Positions 20,406 to 29,223 of a DNA stretch of 64,000 bases are shown here, one piece after another. Origin of the DNA: a virus; IMG/VR virus record IMGVR_UViG_3300037504_000213, positions 12,274 through 76,273 of that record; one strand, given 5' to 3'. Each line of letters begins with the position of its first letter. The first letter of the stretch is position 1. The position numbers were made by a program, and so were the translations under genes. The notes under the pieces are model-generated. The model searched no databases and was not told the origin of the DNA. It saw only the letters and a list, made by a program, of their open reading frames with translations.

Positions 20406-20730
20406 CTGTTACCTCCACATACCCCAAACTTTCTATAGCGTTGGCAATCGCAAGATCAACAGCACTGTCCAAAACAACTTCTAATTTGGCAACATAATCA
20501 TAGTCCATTGATGATGCAGCCATAATTGATATGCAACCATCACATGTCTTGACAAAAACCCGATACCGCTTTTCGTCAGGGCAAAATGGCCGTGGGTCAC
20601 CGCCTATGATATAACTCTCACCTATTGGCTTAAAGCTACCAGATGTCCATTCGCCAAAAGTAACCTTCTGGGCTAACCAATCAGTAGAATCACAGCGGAT
20701 AAGACCATCAGCTTTTATTTCTTTTCCCAT
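20398..20730 (-). CDS. Hypothetical protein
   Basis: Overlaps both neighbours in the operon. Confidence 0.5.
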   Translation of the reverse strand: MGKEIKADGLIRCDSTDWLAQKVTFGEWTSGSFKPIGESYIIGGDPRPFCPDEKRYRVFVKTCDGCISIMAASSMDYDYVAKLEVVLDSAVDLAIANAIESLGYVEVTDG

Positions 20731-21830
20731 GTCTTAACTTTCTCCAATGTTGTTTTCACATCAAGTTTGTTATGCGCGTCTGTCGCATAATTTCTATTCC
20801 ACATGATAATGCCATTATCGAACATGTGCTTGGCAAAACTCTTTCGCTCATCCCTGGGCAGCCTTATTGAAAAATTAGTGTCTTGCCCAACTGTTCCAAA
20901 GCCAAGGTCCTGAAGTCCTTCCTTTAGGCTGTGTCCAATCTTGGATATTTTTTCAAATACGCTATCAAACCTTGTGACATTTTCAAGAAAGGCTATTGCT
21001 ATAGATACTGCAAATGGGTCCCCAGAAAACGTTGATGAAGAATACACATCATCAGCAAGGTGTTGCATAAAATCGATTTGTCCACCCAACACGGAAACAG
21101 GTGAACCCCACGCTTTCCCATATACAACCATAGATGGGTTTATATCAATACCAACTTTTCCGTAATACTCAACTGCACCACGCAAGCCAAGTCTGAACCC
21201 AGTTACTACTTCGTCAAGAATAATTGGTATGCTAGATTTTGTGCATAGGTCAATGCCAAGCCTCAACCAATCCAGGAAATCATCAGTTCCATCATCCATC
21301 GACAGATCCACAATCCAACACGCGGCCATACTGTCCAGACGACGCTTCAGCTCCTCAGAGTCGCGATATGGCACATAGCGAGTGCCCTCAGCCGTTCCAT
21401 AAGTAATACCACCATCTCTGGGTGGCCGTATAAAGCTACTGCTCATTCCGTGATAACCAGATGAGACAACCCTGTTCCTGCCCGTTTCTGCACGAGCAAT
21501 GCGTACAGCAGCCTCACAGGCGTTACCACCAGTTTGACTTAGCCAAACAGCTTCAACATGTGGCATAATGTCACAAACCATGCCAGCAAGCCTGTTTTCA
21601 AGTTTATGCCCAGACGACCCCAGTGAGCCGTTGCCCATAAAGATTGGTGTCCCTGGTATGTTCCTGGGATGATGAAAACCAAGCACGGGACCATAATGGC
21701 CCATCTGCCATGACTTGTACTTATTCCCATCTTCGCCAACCTCTACAGCACCCCAATAGCCATATGTTTGTTGGCCTATAGCATTGTACAAGGACGAACG
21801 CGCTAAACACGATGATTTATTAATGAGCAT
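20715..21830 (-). CDS. Class III PLP aminotransferase (second copy)
   Basis: GPVLGF, TGGNACEAAVRIARAETGR, GYHG, ILDEVVTGFR, YGKAWG. Confidence 0.85.
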   Translation of the reverse strand: MLINKSSCLARSSLYNAIGQQTYGYWGAVEVGEDGNKYKSWQMGHYGPVLGFHHPRNIPGTPIFMGNGSLGSSGHKLENRLAGMVCDIMPHVEAVWLSQTGGNACEAAVRIARAETGRNRVVSSGYHGMSSSFIRPPRDGGITYGTAEGTRYVPYRDSEELKRRLDSMAACWIVDLSMDDGTDDFLDWLRLGIDLCTKSSIPIILDEVVTGFRLGLRGAVEYYGKVGIDINPSMVVYGKAWGSPVSVLGGQIDFMQHLADDVYSSSTFSGDPFAVSIAIAFLENVTRFDSVFEKISKIGHSLKEGLQDLGFGTVGQDTNFSIRLPRDERKSFAKHMFDNGIIMWNRNYATDAHNKLDVKTTLEKVKTWEKK

Positions 21831-22014
21831 ATCCTGGCTTCATCCTTTTATTTGGCACATCTGACATATCGTCGTTTTCCCAGATCTTGACACACGCAAC
21901 CTCATCAGATTCTTTCATCCTCTGAATGCCTAATGCGTCAAGCGCCTTCCAGCTGCGCCACTTTTTCTGAAATGTACATATGCCGTTCCAGTCATATACC
22001 TTCATGATAGCCAT
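21820..22014 (-). CDS. Hypothetical protein
   Basis: Small ORF filling the operon gap exactly. Confidence 0.45.
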   Translation of the reverse strand: MAIMKVYDWNGICTFQKKWRSWKALDALGIQRMKESDEVACVKIWENDDMSDVPNKRMKPGYAH

Positions 22015-22943
22015 TAAAGCACGCCCCTAACAGCACGAAGTGGTCGCTTTTCGTCAAGCGGATCAGCACGCCAATAAACCTCGTCTCTTTCACATTCTTG
22101 CGGAAACTTATAGCCATCGCCAAGGCGTTCGTCTCTCTGACTTTCAAATTCATTGTCTGGCGTCATATTAATAATGTTTCTAGCGTCTCTTGAATACCCA
22201 TAGGGGTCATCCAAAAAATAAGAATGCCCATTTTCATTCCCAATACTATCTAAATCGAAATGAACCTCTATAACCTCGGCACCAAGATTCACGGCCTGTA
22301 TTACAACGTTGACGTTTGCAGTATGGTCGCTATAGCCAATTGCAACTCCAGGAAACGCTCTTTTTAGTGCCTCAATGGCAAGAAGATTAACTTGATCCTC
22401 TGGCGTTGTATAGGCAGACACACAATGCAATATTGACAACTTGCCATCAGGTAAATCAAGTGCCCCACCCAAAGACAGGGAGGACATAATCTCTGGCATT
22501 GTGGCGGCCCCAGTAGACACAATGATGCCCTTTACCCCAGAGTTTTCAGACGACACAATCTTAGTGGCTTTTCGCATCATTTTATAGTTCAACAGTTCAT
22601 AGCTGCCAAACTTGATGTAATCAATGCTTTGTCCAGCAGACCACTTCATTTGACTTATTCTATCAAGATTATTTGTATTCAGTGTAGTAACAATGTAGTC
22701 CATCCCAAGCTCATGTGTGTATTCGCAAAGCATTGGATGCCAACTGTTTGGCGTAAATGGATAATACGGATTAGACTTGTACTTCTCAACTGCATATCTT
22801 TCACAGTAGACGTCTTCCCACTTAGAAAGCATTTGGGTTTTCACTGCGTCAAACCCAACATCCTTGACAGCCTCAATTAGCTCAAGCGCCCTGTGAATGT
22901 CACCATTGTGATTACTGCATAACTCAGCGATATAGTATGTCAT
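22014..22943 (-). CDS. neuB: NeuB/PseI-family nonulosonic acid synthase
   Basis: IAELCSNHNGD, DAVKTQ, KFGSYE, VSTGAAT, LHCVSAY, GYSDHT, IEVHF; start MTYYIAE; C-terminal SAF/AFP domain apparently absent. Confidence 0.9.
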   Translation of the reverse strand: MTYYIAELCSNHNGDIHRALELIEAVKDVGFDAVKTQMLSKWEDVYCERYAVEKYKSNPYYPFTPNSWHPMLCEYTHELGMDYIVTTLNTNNLDRISQMKWSAGQSIDYIKFGSYELLNYKMMRKATKIVSSENSGVKGIIVSTGAATMPEIMSSLSLGGALDLPDGKLSILHCVSAYTTPEDQVNLLAIEALKRAFPGVAIGYSDHTANVNVVIQAVNLGAEVIEVHFDLDSIGNENGHSYFLDDPYGYSRDARNIINMTPDNEFESQRDERLGDGYKFPQECERDEVYWRADPLDEKRPLRAVRGVL

Positions 22944-22947
22944 TGGC

Positions 22948-23928
22948 CTAGCCTTCCCTCCCGAACATTGCGATATGATCATTATACACCTCATCAACCA
23001 TTTTTTCAAGTGGAATGCCAAACATCGCGGCGTCTTCAGAAGAACGCATGGCCACATGTGGTAAATCTGTTTCCTCGCTCCCACATTTATAGATAGCGAT
23101 TATCTCGTTTACCAACTCAAGCACCTTGACCTCCCTTTGGTTAATCAGGCTTTCATGTTGTTTTTCCTCTTGGCCAAGGCCAATCCATCTCACACCACCT
23201 AACACATTCAGTGTTGCCAAGTCACCAGAAACCATTTTGAATAACACCTCTGCAAGCGCAGTTATAGAAGAAGCATTCATACAACGAACATACAGGCCAC
23301 TGTCCATCTCAAGGACATTGTCTATAAAAGTTACTGCTTCTCTGAACGTCATCCAATACCTAGTTACTATAGGTAGGGGGCCAACTATCGTTAGAAGTTG
23401 ACTTGCATTAATTTGATCAATCCATTTCCAGAAAACACTTCCTCTGCTACCAAGGACATTCCCATACCTTATAACTTGCGAGCACAAGCCTTTATTTGCC
23501 AATACCAGTCGCTCTGCAACAGCCTTTTGCATTCCATATATATTTACTGGTTCCACAGCCTTGTCGCTACTAATTTGCAGGAACTTCCCAATATCAGCGG
23601 CAACAGCAGCATAGCTAGCATTAGCAGCGCCAGTTGCATTTACAGAATGCGAATAATATGGATTGCGGTTACATGCACCAACAGATTTAACTGCGGCTGC
23701 ATTTACTACAGCATCAATATCGTGCTCCTTGAATATTCTTGTCAGTTCATCCGTGTCCCGAATATCACAAGCATGAAATTTGGGTAATTTGGGATAATTT
23801 TGTGATAAAGACTGAATTTCGTCAAACTTATGCCAGTCCCTTGCACACCCAGCCACAATCTCATGCCTGGAAAACATCATCATTGCTCTGCCCAAGGTAC
23901 CAGTGATGCCAGTAACAAAAATTCTCAT
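22948..23928 (-). CDS. PseB/CapD-like UDP-GlcNAc 4,6-dehydratase
   Basis: TGITGTLG, AAVKSV, ISSDKAVEPVNIYGMQK, RYGNVLGSRGSV. Confidence 0.88.
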   Translation of the reverse strand: MRIFVTGITGTLGRAMMMFSRHEIVAGCARDWHKFDEIQSLSQNYPKLPKFHACDIRDTDELTRIFKEHDIDAVVNAAAVKSVGACNRNPYYSHSVNATGAANASYAAVAADIGKFLQISSDKAVEPVNIYGMQKAVAERLVLANKGLCSQVIRYGNVLGSRGSVFWKWIDQINASQLLTIVGPLPIVTRYWMTFREAVTFIDNVLEMDSGLYVRCMNASSITALAEVLFKMVSGDLATLNVLGGVRWIGLGQEEKQHESLINQREVKVLELVNEIIAIYKCGSEETDLPHVAMRSSEDAAMFGIPLEKMVDEVYNDHIAMFGREG

Positions 23929-23929
23929 A

Positions 23930-23996
23930 TTGCATACTCCAATAATAGATGATATAATACCAAAAAGATCTTATCACATAAAGGAGAACATGTCAA
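23930..23996. promoter_or_regulatory. Interlocked divergent sigma70 promoters
   Basis: Plus: TTGCAT(23930)-17-TATAAT(23953). Minus: TTGACA(23996)-17-TAAGAT(23973). Both have extended TG. Confidence 0.7.
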
Positions 23997-23997
23997 G

Positions 23998-24549
23998 GTG
24001 TCTCGAACACAGAAGTTTGCCAATACATGCAGGTTTTGCGGATCAACGTTTTACAGAAAAACGAGAAGAAAAAAGGTCTTTTGTCCAGTTTGCGACTGCA
24101 ACCCAATGATTAAGCACTACAATAAAATAGTCAATAACGCCAACAGGCGAACACGAAAGCTAGGGCTTCGCTCTGATTTAACGCTTTCAGAATGGTTTGA
24201 CACACTCAGAGATTTTTCATTTTTCTGCTGCTTCTGTGGAACACACCCAGCAAGCGACCTAGAGCATTTCATACCAGTGTCAAAGGGCGGCGGCACAACT
24301 AGAAAGAATGTACTGCCAGCATGTAGATACTGTAATAGTCAAAAGGCTAACCTTGTGCCTTTTGTTGACGAAATGGACGACATAAGGTTTTCTATATCAA
24401 GGTTGAGGAGGGCATTGGATTATTTAGAGCAATTCGGAACCGTAGAGATACCAGGGCTGTCAGATGAAATGGCATATCAATTGACACAAAACAGGAAGTT
24501 CCTTATCCCAGGAACAGCAACCTACAGAAAGCCAGAAAGGGCGTGGTGA
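23998..24549 (+). CDS. HNH endonuclease
   Basis: CCFCG...DLEHFIPVSKGGGT...NVLPACRYCNSQK; N-terminal CxxC pairs. Confidence 0.88.
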   Translation: MSRTQKFANTCRFCGSTFYRKTRRKKVFCPVCDCNPMIKHYNKIVNNANRRTRKLGLRSDLTLSEWFDTLRDFSFFCCFCGTHPASDLEHFIPVSKGGGTTRKNVLPACRYCNSQKANLVPFVDEMDDIRFSISRLRRALDYLEQFGTVEIPGLSDEMAYQLTQNRKFLIPGTATYRKPERAW

Positions 24550-24584
24550 TTAGCCACACCCCTTCCAACTCGAAACCAGGAGGC

Positions 24585-24977
24585 CTAGAATTCAAATCCA
24601 TCCATCGCAGACGGATGATTGTTATCTACATCACGATAGTTATCATCACCACCACCTCGCCCACCCATAAACTTCACGGTTTGTGCCGTAAGCTCAAGCT
24701 GTGCACGCGGTTCGCCATCAGCGCCTACCCAGGCATTTGCTGATGGGCGACCAACGACCATTACCTGACTTCCCTTTGACAAATATTCAGAGCACGTCTC
24801 TGCCTGTCTTCGCCAGACATTAACACGATACCATGTGGTGCGCTCTTTCTTTTCCTTATCCTTATACCAGACTTCGTTAACGGCCACAGAAAAGTTTGCA
24901 ACCGCAGTTCCATTGTCAAGGTACTTGAGTTCTGGGTCACTACCGAGGTTTCCTACAATAATCAACTGGTGAAACAT
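24585..24977 (-). CDS. ssb: Single-stranded DNA-binding protein
   Basis: IVGNLGSDPELKY..G.AVANFSVAVN, TTWYRVNVW, YLSKGSQV. Confidence 0.95.
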   Translation of the reverse strand: MFHQLIIVGNLGSDPELKYLDNGTAVANFSVAVNEVWYKDKEKKERTTWYRVNVWRRQAETCSEYLSKGSQVMVVGRPSANAWVGADGEPRAQLELTAQTVKFMGGRGGGDDNYRDVDNNHPSAMDGFEF

Positions 24978-24980
24978 ATT

Positions 24981-25316
24981 TTATTTATCCTCCTGGATAG
25001 TATCTTTACTAAAACGAGTATAGCACATCGCGTCACACGAGTCAATAGAATTCCGCTCTTTCCACCAAGGGCTGTGAAACTTCATGCCCTGATTAATTTC
25101 AAACGACGTGTCAGCATTGTTGGCGTCTATAGCGAGTCTCAGGTAGCGCAGCTTTTCTTGAGAACAACCATCAAGAAGTATAGAGCAGCTTGTCGTTACG
25201 ATATATATACTCTTGTCATCTTCCATAAAATGCGTAACGTTTCGAGGATTTATCCAGACGCCATCTCCATTAACCGTTCTTGCATAAATCATTCTGAACC
25301 TCCAACAGATTGCCAC
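24981..25316 (-). CDS. Hypothetical protein
   Basis: Fits the operon. Confidence 0.45.
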   Translation of the reverse strand: MAICWRFRMIYARTVNGDGVWINPRNVTHFMEDDKSIYIVTTSCSILLDGCSQEKLRYLRLAIDANNADTSFEINQGMKFHSPWWKERNSIDSCDAMCYTRFSKDTIQEDK

Positions 25317-25621
25317 ACATGAATAATTTTCTCAACTTTCTTAACACGTATCATTTTGTCACACGTATTATAATGATAATCTGTGAAGTAACTACCAGAA
25401 AGAGTAACATAAAGTTTGTAAAACGCCCCAGGGTAATCAGCATGTTTGATAATGAGTTCCCTTTTGAAGTATTTTCCTTCATCGGTCCACAACCCCTCTT
25501 CAACCAACTCAACTTCCTCTGGTCCATCCTCAATATCAAATCCAGATGCAGGCCAAAAGTCTTGGTTACTCCCAAACCACTCAGACGTATTAATCACATC
25601 AGGATAACTGTCATTGCACAT
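25289..25621 (-). CDS. Hypothetical protein, paralogue of 27458-27907
   Basis: Shares D(Y/F)PGA(F/Y)Y and RV.K..K.I..W. Confidence 0.55.
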   Translation of the reverse strand: MCNDSYPDVINTSEWFGSNQDFWPASGFDIEDGPEEVELVEEGLWTDEGKYFKRELIIKHADYPGAFYKLYVTLSGSYFTDYHYNTCDKMIRVKKVEKIIHVWQSVGGSE

Positions 25622-25636
25622 TTTATTTCTCCTAGC

Positions 25637-25846
25637 CTATCGCCACACTACACGATTGCGAACAGACACGCCATATGTTCCATTTGATTTTTCCAGTCTA
25701 AACACCCCCATTACTGCATCGAAGTGGTCCTCTGGCTCCCTCTCGCATTCAAGCCACAGCACCCTGCTGTCAGGGTCCTGCACGACATTGACAGCACTCT
25801 TGCACTCAGGGCATTCACATACGCCACGCTGAATTGTTTCCTTCAT
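25637..25846 (-). CDS. Small Zn-ribbon protein
   Basis: CPEC...C...H; GGAGG SD. Confidence 0.5.
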   Translation of the reverse strand: MKETIQRGVCECPECKSAVNVVQDPDSRVLWLECEREPEDHFDAVMGVFRLEKSNGTYGVSVRNRVVWR

Positions 25847-26512
25847 TTATTCCTCCATTGGCACTGGTTCAATAGTATTTCCGCTAAAATCTTTGATCTC
25901 AAAATCGCAATCCACTTCATTGCCCCACACATCGTATCCAGGTTGCTTTTTCCTTGCAAATATCTCACACCTGTTAACGCGGTCTGGATACAACGCATCT
26001 ATCATGTCATATTGAGAGTCTGGCTTCTCAGAATGTTGTCTGCGTATGTCCAATAACACAGTATGATCCAACAAATTTAAGACACCATGATCTGACACTG
26101 GTGCACTGCCGCCATTCTTGACACAAATCCAGAGTTCCTCCACACAACCGCGTGTATAATAACCCATTGACATAGCAGGGCGGTGCGGTTTGCCCTTAGT
26201 GTGCTTAACCCAGTACACTTTAGTACGAGCACTAAAGCCCCATCTGTGCAAAAGGGAGGCAACTGGATTGACTATATAATCAATGCCATCGACCTTGACC
26301 TTTTTGAAATCAACGCTGTGTGGCGTAGTTGTCCACAAGAACATAACAGCATCGTCAGTCGTCAGATCTCGCAAATTCATATTCATCAAAAAGTCATAGC
26401 CCTGAACAGGGTAGTGCTGTTCAGCAGAGCGACCAGTACCCTTAGCAGACCAAACACGAAACCTCCACGGAGGATCGATTAAGACTAAGCTGTACTTATC
26501 GTTCCCAAGCAT
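25847..26512 (-). CDS. MT-A70 family adenine methyltransferase
   Basis: LIDPPW, FLWTT, GYYTR, HSEKPD, EIFARK...WGNE. Confidence 0.9.
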   Translation of the reverse strand: MLGNDKYSLVLIDPPWRFRVWSAKGTGRSAEQHYPVQGYDFLMNMNLRDLTTDDAVMFLWTTTPHSVDFKKVKVDGIDYIVNPVASLLHRWGFSARTKVYWVKHTKGKPHRPAMSMGYYTRGCVEELWICVKNGGSAPVSDHGVLNLLDHTVLLDIRRQHSEKPDSQYDMIDALYPDRVNRCEIFARKKQPGYDVWGNEVDCDFEIKDFSGNTIEPVPMEE

Positions 26513-26807
26513 CTATTTTCTCCGTCCATTTTTTAAGGTCCGCTTCGTCAACAGTATCTTCGCTTAAAAGGTTTGTAAAAATCTTGTACAGTGCAGAAGA
26601 GCGTTTGCCTATATCATGACAGACATCATCTTCACACACAATTTTTAGCACCACAACATTATTTTCTATGACGTAATAAGCCTTATCAGCACCCCAGGAT
26701 TTTACTAACAACCTAAGGCAAAACGCAAGCGTTGTATTGACTGGACTGTCGCAGGCCAGAAAATAAACATTGCTAGAGTCTTTGTCCTGTTGCCCTTTCC
26801 CAGGCAT
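26496..26807 (-). CDS. Hypothetical protein
   Basis: Fits the operon. Confidence 0.5.
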   Translation of the reverse strand: MPGKGQQDKDSSNVYFLACDSPVNTTLAFCLRLLVKSWGADKAYYVIENNVVVLKIVCEDDVCHDIGKRSSALYKIFTNLLSEDTVDEADLKKWTEKIDAWER

Positions 26808-27288
26808 CTATCTTTTCCCTCCACTTCCTCTCTGTCTTTGTCATCCTCTTTTGTTTGGCAATGGGCTTAGCTTTGCCATCAAACTGCCATGATCTTATTG
26901 TACCATACTTTGCCTCGCTTGGATATACAAGCTCTACATTACCAATCAGTTCTAACAATGTTCCAATACAGGCATGAACACTTTGGCTAACCCCCTTCCC
27001 AAAACACATTAACTTAAGAGAGGAAAGCCAATAGGCTGCGCAACCCAAAACATTCATGTCGCAAAAAATGTTATCTGTTAGCAGTTGAATGCTCTTTCTG
27101 AGGTTTCGTTCAATGTAGGTATTAGCAAACTCGATTGGATCGTCCTTCATGTTAGATTGTATGTGAGACAGACTTTCGTCATTCATCTCAAAATATTTCG
27201 CTGGATAAAGAACACAATCCCTAATGGACGCTAAAAAGGATGTTTGCCAAGGTTCAGACTTGTAGTAAACGACATCGTATTCTTTCAT
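26773..27288 (-). CDS. Hypothetical protein
   Basis: AAGGAGG SD. Confidence 0.6.
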   Translation of the reverse strand: MKEYDVVYYKSEPWQTSFLASIRDCVLYPAKYFEMNDESLSHIQSNMKDDPIEFANTYIERNLRKSIQLLTDNIFCDMNVLGCAAYWLSSLKLMCFGKGVSQSVHACIGTLLELIGNVELVYPSEAKYGTIRSWQFDGKAKPIAKQKRMTKTERKWREKIDAWERATGQRL

Positions 27289-27300
27289 TTATCCTCCTTG

Positions 27301-27372
27301 AGGCCCAGGTGAGACTTGCACTCACATGAAAACGCTTTGCAGGCGTATACCTTTCTATTCGGACACTGGGCC
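27301..27372 (-). tRNA. tRNA-Cys(GCA)
   Basis: GGCCCAG/CTGGGCC acceptor, U73, ACGC-CTGCAAA-GCGT arm, T arm GTGAG-TGCAAGT-CTCAC; no CCA. Confidence 0.85.
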
Positions 27373-27374
27373 TA

Positions 27375-27447
27375 AGCTCCGAGTGAGATTTGCACTCACG
27401 GCCTCCGCGTTACAAAGGCGGCGCTCTACTAACTGAGCTATCGGAGC
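27375..27447 (-). tRNA. tRNA-Thr(UGU)
   Basis: GCTCCGA/TCGGAGC acceptor, loop TTTGTAA, C31:C39 mismatch, T loop TGCAAAT. Confidence 0.85.
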
Positions 27448-27457
27448 GTTGTACTAT

Positions 27458-27907
27458 TTAGCTACTTGGCCTCGACCAAGCTTCAATGGTCTTCTTCTTC
27501 TTTTCTACGCGATACCCCTTCGAGTCAGTGTAAAAAGCCCATTCTGCTCTGCCAGCCCCATTGCGCTTCCACTGGTAAAATATATAGTAAGCACCTGGAA
27601 AGTCATCAAACTGAAGAATGTATTCATGGCATGGTGAGTTCCATCCATTTCCTGCAAGTTTGTTGTGATCTATGAACTTGACGTTGTCAATTTTGTTGTT
27701 ATAACCCAAGTCTGCTATAAACTGCTCCCAACTCTTCCAACTTTTCAGGTTGCCAATACAAGGGCGATTCCTAAGATCGACATAATCTAAGGCTTCAATC
27801 GTGTCTGGTGCATTCACATTGTTTGGTGTACTCATGCCATTCTCCTTATTTGACAACTGTGGTTCAAGGCCAGTTATTTCCGCATTGTCCTTGCCTAATG
27901 TACTCAT
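27458..27907 (-). CDS. Hypothetical protein
   Basis: AAGGAG SD; paralogue of 25289-25621. Confidence 0.55.
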   Translation of the reverse strand: MSTLGKDNAEITGLEPQLSNKENGMSTPNNVNAPDTIEALDYVDLRNRPCIGNLKSWKSWEQFIADLGYNNKIDNVKFIDHNKLAGNGWNSPCHEYILQFDDFPGAYYIFYQWKRNGAGRAEWAFYTDSKGYRVEKKKKTIEAWSRPSS

Positions 27908-27918
27908 GTTTTTCTCCT

Positions 27919-28194
27919 TTAATAGTCCATTAAGTAATACTTATTATCACTTGACGATTTTACGTACTCGCCACCAACCCCAACATTCTTAAATCCACAC
28001 CTCATCAGATCCCCAATATCTATGGGACTGGATATGACATATCGATCAGGCTTAACCAGAAAATCATCACCTCCTAACATGTCTTCAAATTTTTTACGTG
28101 CGTCCTCCTCACTTTTTGCTGTTACAAGGGCTTGCCTAGTAGAGAAGCCACGCGGCCATTTAAATACCCACAGGTTGTCCTTTTCTGTTCTCAT
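27919..28194 (-). CDS. Hypothetical protein
   Basis: AGGAGG SD. Confidence 0.55.
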   Translation of the reverse strand: MRTEKDNLWVFKWPRGFSTRQALVTAKSEEDARKKFEDMLGGDDFLVKPDRYVISSPIDIGDLMRCGFKNVGVGGEYVKSSSDNKYYLMDY

Positions 28195-28221
28195 TATACC
28201 TCCTAACCTTAATTAAACCCA

Positions 28222-28294
28222 TGCTCGCGGCTGGACTCGAACCAGCAACCTGTCGGTTATGAGCCGAATGCTCTAACCATTGAGCTACGCGAGC
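28222..28294 (-). tRNA. tRNA-CAU (probably Ile2; elongator Met possible)
   Basis: GCTCGCG/CGCGAGC, loop CTCATAA, no initiator GGG/CCC stem; D and T arms resemble bacterial Ile2. Confidence 0.85.
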
Positions 28295-28594
28295 TTGTAT
28301 ATATTCTACCACTTGTTGTGTGGTGCCACAAGGGCAAGAACACAAGCGAGACCAAGGCGGCCAAGCAGCGCCAATGCCCTCAAGTTGGCTAAGTAGACAG
28401 ATCCCCGCATAACCTCATCTCCGTTATCTTCGCTAATAGCTTCAATCTCTAAGACTTTTTGTCCACCAAGATCACTTGGAGCATAAGCTGCCCACCAACA
28501 TCCGTGGTCATATTGCTTGCGCTCAATAGTATAACCAAGACCCTTAAGGGTCTCAACGATAAGTTTTGCGTCAGGGGGTTTTTCTTCCACCGTT

Positions 28595-29002
28595 TCACTC
28601 CTCCTCGACTTCCAGCTTTGCCATCTTGATCGTCGGGGCACGAGCATCGTCCCATACCCACATGGTATTGTGGTGCAATGCACGTGTAAAAAGTTCATCG
28701 GCGGGTCCTGCATAGTAGGTAATATAAATGTGAAATCCTATTCGGTGAAAGCTTCCCAAAACGGATATTCTAATACCGTTGGCTAAATGGTGTTCACCTC
28801 GGCAGTACCACAAATCATACTCACCACGATCCTTTGTCCATTCAAGATCGACCGCATCCTCACCAAGTGGAAGCGCGCCAAGCGCAAGGTGCGCCAACTT
28901 GTCGAAGTGAGGAATAGGGTCGCCAGCGGTTTTCGCATTTTTAAGCTCATTCTTCATGGCACCGTAAACGTTCATTGTTTTAGTCCTCCTCGTCTTCCGC
29001 AC
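28595..29002 (-). CDS. Hypothetical protein
   Basis: GAGGAGG SD before MNVYGAM (likely true start, ~28975). Confidence 0.5.
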   Translation of the reverse strand: MRKTRRTKTMNVYGAMKNELKNAKTAGDPIPHFDKLAHLALGALPLGEDAVDLEWTKDRGEYDLWYCRGEHHLANGIRISVLGSFHRIGFHIYITYYAGPADELFTRALHHNTMWVWDDARAPTIKMAKLEVEEE

Positions 29003-29024
29003 GCCACAATTTAAAAAGACAAAG

Positions 29025-29097
29025 CACCTGCTACAGGATTCGAACCTGTGACCAAGAGTTTAGAAGACTCCTGCTCTGTCCTCTGAGCTAAGCAGGC
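29025..29097 (-). tRNA. tRNA-Arg(UCU)
   Basis: GCCTGCT/AGCAGGT, GGAGT-CTTCTAA-ACTCT, GGTTCGAATCC. Confidence 0.9.
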
Positions 29098-29148
29098 TTG
29101 TTGCCAACGGCAAGATCGCTTTATAGACACGCAAGCTACGTTGGCAAA

Positions 29149-29220
29149 TCGGGCAGGGTAGAATCGAACTACCTTCAATTTCTTCATGAGAGAAATGCAC
29201 CTCCATTGTGCTTCTGCCCG
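29149..29220 (-). tRNA. Atypical tRNA with CAU anticodon
   Basis: Full cloverleaf: CGGGCAG/CTGCCCG-A, TTTCT-CTCATGA-AGAAA, GGTAG-TTCGATT-CTACC. Confidence 0.75.
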
Positions 29221-29223
29221 TAA

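Noticed and set aside
19239-21830. hemL / tetrapyrrole synthesis
   Set aside because: Same fold, but the context is a sugar cluster and no other hem genes are present.
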